Source: Glycera tridactyla
Taxonomy: Eukaryota
Direction: 5' to 3'
DNA length: 64,000 bases
Assembly: GCA_965644265.1 (NCBI GenBank)
Contig: OZ286462.1
Location: 68,882,001 to 68,946,000, forward strand
Shown here: piece after piece, positions 56,730-64,000 of the stretch
Layout of the letters: every line of letters begins with the position of its first letter
Numbering within the stretch: position 1 is the stretch's first letter
Made by a program: the position numbers and the translations under genes
The notes under the pieces: model-generated
The model's database searches: none
What the model was told of the DNA's origin: nothing
Seen by the model: the letters and a program-made list of their open reading frames with translations, nothing else

Positions 56730-59700
56730 TGTAATCCTTCCAATTTGATGATGGAATTTCACCAGTCATCCGACAGGCTTGTAGGAGTATTCCCTCCTCT
56801 TCCTTAGATGCGACTATTGGCTAGTAGTCAATTCCTGATATAAACTCAATTACCAAGAACAGGCAGAAAGCAATGTTACAGACTAACCGGGAAATTTTGT
56901 CCCATTTACCAAAAAAACTATATAAATGGCATTGCTCCTGTGGATTGTGTTCACAAATCTGTACATTAAGTCTAAACGATGTAAAAGCGTGATCTGTATT
57001 ACATGTTGAATCCCATCGTTTACCAAGCTCATTTGAAATAACTGAATCTATGATGTCATCTCAACTTCCATACAGGGAACTTAATTACCGGCACAAATGT
57101 GTAAGGACACAGAAATAGAGTTGTAGATACATATTTATTTTGTATAATATCACAAATGTAATGTAAATGGCAGAAAATATTTAGAATGAAATCATATTGA
57201 ATACATTATAAATATACGTGGTTGACACATGTCAATAGTACCCAAACTTCTATAAATACATTCAATTCATACCATTCAGATCTGAATCAAGAAAATCATA
57301 AGACCATTGAGTTGGAATTCATGATACCATCAAATACCAGTGAAACACGAGTCATAACCTCAAAGTACACAAGTACATCAAATATTCATGATAAATCACA
57401 CAGATAGAAATACCTCATTGTAATGACACAAAAGTATCAAATATTTCATACCCAATGTTCATGATTAAGAAAAACCAACCCTGTGCATATGCAATTCTTG
57501 TAACTGTGATCCAACAACGACTTGAGCACTTGAGGAGTGGTCACTGTTGACAGCTGGAATCAGAACATGGTCAAAGACCCTGTCTCTAGAATGTTAATGG
57601 GCACTTATGATATTATAAATTTAAAAGTCTGGGTTAAACCCCGCAATGAAATATCGAACTTTTAAAAGTTAATAATAATGGTGGCCACTTAGATACACGT
57701 GTGATGACAAATCACGGATGTGAAATGCATGTTCAGCTGATAGTGTGGTGTAGTGATCACTAGAACTTGTATAAGACGTTGAAGGATGAACCAAGAGGAT
57801 TACTCCATTCCTCTACATGAGTGGATACTATTCCAGAACGCCTGACAAACACATGTCACCATATAAGGCAATCAATGTCCACGTATCACCGGTGGAACAA
57901 ATGTGCAGGTCGCACATCCATCTCAGCAGCTAAGGATATAGTGTAGACTTCTCAAGTCCTCTAGTAGCTGCATCCGTAAGCCTGGATATGGCGACATGGA
58001 ATGGATGTGGACATGATGGCCGCTGCAAGAAGACAGAAAAAATCACCTACCACTGTGTCCAAGTATCATATAAAGAGAAATTTATTCAAATTAATTTAAT
58101 ATCTTCAAACAACTCTAAAATGTTCTGTTTTTGTTGTTGCGTGCACTTACTTATGTTGCATTTGCCAGATCTATTATAGTGGGAAGGCAGGATATCACTT
58201 CATTTCCCACTAACTAAATAGCGCAAGAATTTTAGCTACAAGCTATCCATGTTCAAGTTACTCGAAATATTTCAACAATCAGTTGAAAGGATTGTCAAAG
58301 ACAATCAGCAAGTATCACCGTTGAAAAGTTCAACTGACTGTATGAAAAGAGCAAGCACGCTTTTCGAAAACAAAAATAGTCAAGATCTCATCAAATTCAA
58401 TTCAAAAATTTGAATGAATTCCAAAATCAATTTTTGATTGTTTGTTTAACGGTCAAATGCTAGATTGATGGCATTTCAATTTCTGAGATCACAAATGTTG
58501 TATTTGTCAAATGGAGATCCGATGGTGTATTTATGGTGCTCGTGTATGTAATGGACACGGTGAGGAGAAAACAAACCGAGGCTTGTTTTGTTTACACGGA
58601 AGGGCTGCTTGTGATTCATGTGCCCGGCCTGAATTTAGACTGTTTGGAGAAGATCCACTCTGATAAGCTTGGATTCTGTCCTAAGTGCTGTATATCCTAA
58701 GCATGGACCCATCCTAGAATGCTTAGTCTTGTGACATGTTCTTAAGTCCCGCGACCTACTTTTTGAGTGAAACCTCTGTATTGAGACCAACCTGTCACTT
58801 GTGACCACCTCAAGATTTTTGGTCTATATGATCTGTGGCTTGACGTTGAGCTGTGTCTTTGAATGAAAATACTTTTGAAATGATTTTAGGCCATCAAAAT
58901 GCTGTATTTGTAATTGTTTTGCTTCCGGATGGGAAAAGCTGTAAATCGCTTTCATTTGAGCTTCGAGACACTTTCTGATAGTTTCTGGAATGAACAGCTG
59001 ATTACTGACTGATCGGTCAGATGTAAACAATCCGCCATCTTGGATTTCCGTCTGCCTTTTTGAAGAGTCTCACTTTGAGCTTCCGATCCACTTGATACTT
59101 TTCAGCAAGTTTGAAACTTTTTCACTTCGGATAAAAAGCTTTTAGCTACTTTAGAGTTGATCGGAATTGTTTCTCAGTATTTGTGAATCGCTATTTTGGA
59201 AATTCAGTGTGCTGGCTTTACTGCTATTTGTGATTTGACAGCAAGAACTTAGCACGTTGACTGAAACTTAGCACGGTGCTCACCTGGCTTACACATGGTC
59301 TTACCCTGTGAGCACATTTGTGTTTGTGGTTTGTGACACATGGGACTACATATAAATGCATTTCGCTCTTACATTTCTGGAATTTCATGACTAATTTCGA
59401 CTTTAGGCATTTCCAAATGGCTTGAAATGAGTTGAAATTGGGATTTGGTGACTTTTGGATTTCAAACTTAGCATGGACTTGGTTGATCGGTACTTAGACC
59501 CCGCCGCTACTGCAGCTGTGACTTAGGGTCTATGTTAGGTATGTCATACCCACAGTGAAGGGGAGGGGGAACTTGTGTTGTTTTCAGATCTTGCCACCTG
59601 CTTCGGTGAGTGGTGTCTTACTCTGATTCTGTCTATAGAGACCATCTATTCTAAATAGATTAATTTCCTAATAATTATCTTAATTCAATTTGATTTCTTA

Positions 59701-61401
59701 AATTTCTGATGATATTTTAATGCTTTCTTCATTAATTGGTTAACTTAGTTGGCTTGGTGTCTGCTCCGTTGATAATAACTTAGTGCATTGAAGTTTCTTT
59801 TCAACTGTGATACTTGCTGATTGTCTTTGACAATCCTTTCAACTGATTGTTGAAATATTTTGAGTAACTTGAACATGGATAGCTAGTAGCTTAAATTCTC
59901 CACTATTTAGTTAGTGGGGAATAAAGTGGGATCCTGCCGTCCCACAATAATGGATCTGGCAATTGCAACGTAACTAAGTGCATGCAACAAACAAATAAAA
60001 TTTATATTTGTTCGAAGATATTAATTTTAATTTATTACTCTTTATATGACACTTGGACACAGTGGTAGGACATTTTTCTGTCTTCTTGCAGCGGCCATCA
60101 TGTCTGAGATGTCATCCTTGAAGAGTGCGTACTCTTCAGGACACGTATATTTCAACGTCGCCTTCCTGGCTTACAGATGCAGCTACTTGAGGACTTATGA
60201 AGTCTTTTTTATTGCCTGCTCTCAGCTGCTGAGATGGATGTGTTGCCTGTGCACTTGTTCCACCGGTGAAGCGTGGACATTGCTAGCCTTACTACGGTGA
60301 GATGTGTTTATCCGGCGTACAGGAATCGTATCCACTCAAGTAGAGGACTGGGGTAATCCTCTTCTGTGATCCTCCAGCTTCTATTACGCGTTCTAGTGAT
60401 CACTACTTCACACTATCAGCTGACTCGTCATCACAGGTGTATCTAGGTGGCCACCACTATCATTAACATTTAAGTTCGATTCTATATCATTAACCCAGAC
60501 TTTTGAGTTGATGATTCATTAAGATCTCTGACATTCTAGAGACGGTGTCTTTGACCATGTTCTGATTCCAGCTGTTAACAGTGGCCACTCCTCAAGCCCT
60601 CAAGTCGTCATTGGAACTAATCTTCAAGAAAGCATATGCTCAGGGATGGTTTACATTTGATTGAAATATGGGATATAAAATACTTGATGCATTTGTGTCT
60701 GTATAATGTAACGTATGACTTATTTTGATTCATCATGAATATCATGGGTACTTGTACACTTTGAGGTCATGACTCCTTGTGTTCAATTGTATTTGATTTA
60801 ATCATGATTCATCACCCTGTGGTCGATTGTTATCTTGTTTCAAATCCGAATGGTATGAAGTGAATGTATCAACAGTCTATTTTGGGTACAATTTACTGGT
60901 GTCACACACTTATATTTATATGGTATTCCATATGGTTTCATTCTGCATATTTCTGCCATTTACTTCACATACTCTGTGATATTCTACAAAATAAATTTGT
61001 ATTTACAACTCTACTTCTGTATCCTTACGCATTTATGCCAATAATTAAGAACCCTGTGAACGAGATTGAGATGACTTCATAGACTCTGTTTATTTCAAAT
61101 GGACTGGGCAAACGATGGGATTCAATATGTAATACTGATCACGCTTTTAACATCTTTAAGACTTAACGTATATATTTGCGAACACTATACACAGGAGCAA
61201 TGTCATTTATTTATATATTTTGGTAAATGGGACAGAATTCCCCAGTTAGTCTGAAACATTGCTTCCTGCTGTTCTTGGTCATGGAATTTATATCAGGAAT
61301 TGACTATTAGCTAGTAGTTGCATCTAAGGAAGAGGAGGGAATACTCCTACAAGCCTGTCGGATGACTGGTGAAATTCCATCGTCAAATTGGAAGGATTAC
61401 A
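56730..61401. repeat. Long inverted repeat: arms ~56730-58333 and ~59788-61401, spacer ~1.45 kb
   Basis: Colinear reverse-complement matches along the arms (e.g. 56760-56810 vs 61325-61375; 57520-57600 vs 60530-60610; 58250-58328 vs 59797-59880), with substitutions and indels. Confidence 0.9.
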
Positions 61402-61721
61402 TTTATATGTGAAAATACCTCCTGCGAATGATAATAGATAGGAATTTATACACTCCCAGGACGGGAAAGTAGTGCTGCGGCCTCAAAAAAAATACCACAA
61501 ACTTGACTAATTGAAGTCCCTATATTGTTCATGTTTATCTAACTAACATCATGGCATGAAAAAAACGTGGCGTTACAATTCAATGATGATTGCAGAGAAG
61601 CTGTTGATTGAAGGAAACAAGCCCTAAAAACTTTCTCCAAATGACCTGTTGACGACCTGTTGGAGAAAGTTAGTGTCAGGACTAAATTTAAACACACCCA
61701 TCAATAAGGCTTGTGGACCCA

Positions 61722-63576
61722 TCATTTCCCATGTGGACTCACCCTTCCCATCTAGCCTCAATACCTGCCAAGTGACACAGACATGACCCATGTGGTCCCA
61801 TCATGTCCCATCTGTCCCCCTGTCTGGCTCGGCAGAGTATTACCCATCTGACACCAAGCTTCCCATGTCGACCTAACATTTCCCATGTGGACCCTACCCA
61901 TCTAGCCATAATACCTGCCAAGTGACCCCAAACTGCCCAAGTGACACAAACATGACCCATGTGATCCCATCATGCCCCATTTGATGCCTTATGTCTGGTT
62001 AGATCTTGTATTTCCTGTCTGACACCAAGCTTCCCATGTGGATCCACCATTTCCCATGTGGCCTCACCCTTCCCATCTAGACTCAATACCTGCCAAGTAG
62101 CCCCAAACTGCCCATGTGACACAAACATGACCCATGTGGTCCCATCATGTCCAATACGACCCCCCTGTCTGGCTCGACATAGTATTTCCCATCTAACACC
62201 AAGCTTCCCATGTGGACCCACCATTTCCCATGTATACTCACCCTTCCCTTCTAGCCTCAATACCTGCCAAGTGGCCCCAAACTGCCCATGTGACACAAAC
62301 ATGACCCATGTGGTCCCATCATGTCCCTTTTGACACCCCTGTCTTGCTCGCCATAGTATTTCCCATCTGACACCAAGCTTCCCATGTAGACCCACCATTT
62401 CCCATGTGGACTCACCCTTCCCATCTAGACTCAATACCTGCCAAGTAGCCCCAAACTGCCCATGTGACACAAACATGACCCATGTGGTCCCATCATGTCC
62501 AATCCGACCCCTCATGTCTGGCTAGACATAATATTTTCCATCTGACACCAGGCTTCCCATGTGGACACCATTTCCCATGTGGACTCACCCTTCCCATCTA
62601 GCCTCAATACCTCCCAAGTGGCCCTAAACTGCCCATGTGACACAAACATGACCCATGTGGTCCCATCATGTCCCATCTGACCCCTCCTGGCTGGTTCGAT
62701 CTTGTATTTCCCATCTGACACCATGCTTCCCATGTGGACCCACCATTTCCCATGTGGACTCACCCTTCCCATCTAGCCTCAGTACCTGGCAAGTGACACT
62801 AAACTGCCCATTTGACACAAACATGACCCATATGGTCCTATCATGGCCCATTTGAAGCCTCATGTTTGGTTGGATCTTGTGTTTCGCATCTGACACCAAG
62901 CTTCCCATGTGGACCCACCATTTCCCATGTGGACTCACCCTTCCCATCTAGACTCAATACCTGGCAAGTGACACTAAACTGCCCATTTGACACGAACATG
63001 ACCCATGTGGTCCCATCATGTCCCATTTGACCCCCCTCTCAGGCTAGACATAATATTTTCCATCTGACACCAAGCTTCCCATGTGGACCCACCATTTCCC
63101 ATGTGGACTCACCCTTCCCATCTAGCCTCAGTACCTGGCAAGTGACACCAAACTGCCCATGTGACACGAACATGACCCATGTGGTCCCATCATGTCCCAT
63201 TTGACCCCCCTCTCAGGCTAGACATAATATTTTCCATCTGACACCAAGCTTCCCATATGGACCCACCATTTCCCATGTGGACTCAATACCTGCCAAGTAG
63301 CCATAAACTGCCCATTTGACACAAACATGACCCATGTGGTCCCATCATGTCCAATCCGACCCCTCATGTCTGGCAAGACATAATATTTTCCATCTGACAC
63401 CAGGCTTCCCATGTGGACACCATTTCCCATTTGGACTCACCCTTCCCATCTAGCCTCAATACCTGCCAAGTGGCCCCGAACTGCCCATGTGACACAAAAA
63501 TGACCCATGTGGTCCCATCATGTCCCATTTGATGCCTCATGTCTGGTTGGATCTTGTGTTTCCCATCTGACACCAA
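61722..63576 (+). repeat. 174-bp satellite array, ~11 units, truncated by a gap
   Basis: The TACCTG(C/G)CAAG anchor recurs mostly at 173-175-bp spacing (62086, 62260, 62434, 62607, 62782, 62957, 63131), with shorter 150- and 155-bp units; internal CCCATGTG subrepeats. Confidence 0.95.
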
Positions 63577-63794
63577 NNNNNNNNNNNNNNNNNNNNNNNN
63601 NNNNNNNNNNNNNNNNNNNNNNNNNNNNNNNNNNNNNNNNNNNNNNNNNNNNNNNNNNNNNNNNNNNNNNNNNNNNNNNNNNNNNNNNNNNNNNNNNNNN
63701 NNNNNNNNNNNNNNNNNNNNNNNNNNNNNNNNNNNNNNNNNNNNNNNNNNNNNNNNNNNNNNNNNNNNNNNNNNNNNNNNNNNNNNNNNNNNNN
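63577..63794. other. Assembly gap
   Basis: Run of N. Confidence 1.
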
Positions 63795-64000
63795 TAGTTC
63801 CTGCCACTGCCTTCTGCAGTGTCACCTGGTAACTATCGAACGTTGATTGGTCAGTGCAGTTTCACTCCCCTGTCGGGTGCGCCTACATGGGGAGCAGTGT
63901 AGTTTCCCGTGTGCACTCGGGAAATGCCGCGTAGCTTCCCGTGTGCACTCGGGAAATGCGCTCACATGGGGCCCGACAGCACTGTTAATTGACCATAATA

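Noticed and set aside
61970-62515. 181-aa repetitive ORF in the satellite
   Set aside because: Frames shift and stops recur between units; a by-product of 174-bp periodicity.

Overview
Animal genomic DNA with GT-AG introns and three N-gaps (5537-5785, ~53093-53324, 63577-63794). The repeat types look lophotrochozoan, probably molluscan; this is inference. Positions 1-51.5 kb hold a head-to-tail array of four MFSD6-like major-facilitator genes on the + strand, all with identical exon phases. Copy 1 is 5'-truncated by the window edge, copy 2 is a pseudogene, and copies 3 and 4 are intact (~653 and ~638 aa). Copies 2-4, where the large exon is visible, carry a ~173-aa loop after TM3 with 12 invariant Cys that is otherwise much more divergent than the TM regions. 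A complete, very young Ty3/Gypsy LTR retrotransposon lies at 20693-27853 (minus strand). It has Gmr1-type PR-IN-RT-RH order, 1145-bp near-identical LTRs, a CTTGG TSD, a tRNA-Pro PBS and an intact 1547-aa ORF. A ~170-bp SINE-like family with no tRNA head occurs in at least 13 copies, one inserted into a coding exon with a 13-bp TSD. The last 12 kb is a repeat tangle: a LINE interrupted by a 480-bp retroposon, itself interrupted by a DIRS-like element, with part of the nest inverted; then a 1.6-kb-arm inverted repeat and a 174-bp satellite. All alignments, counts and identities were done by eye.
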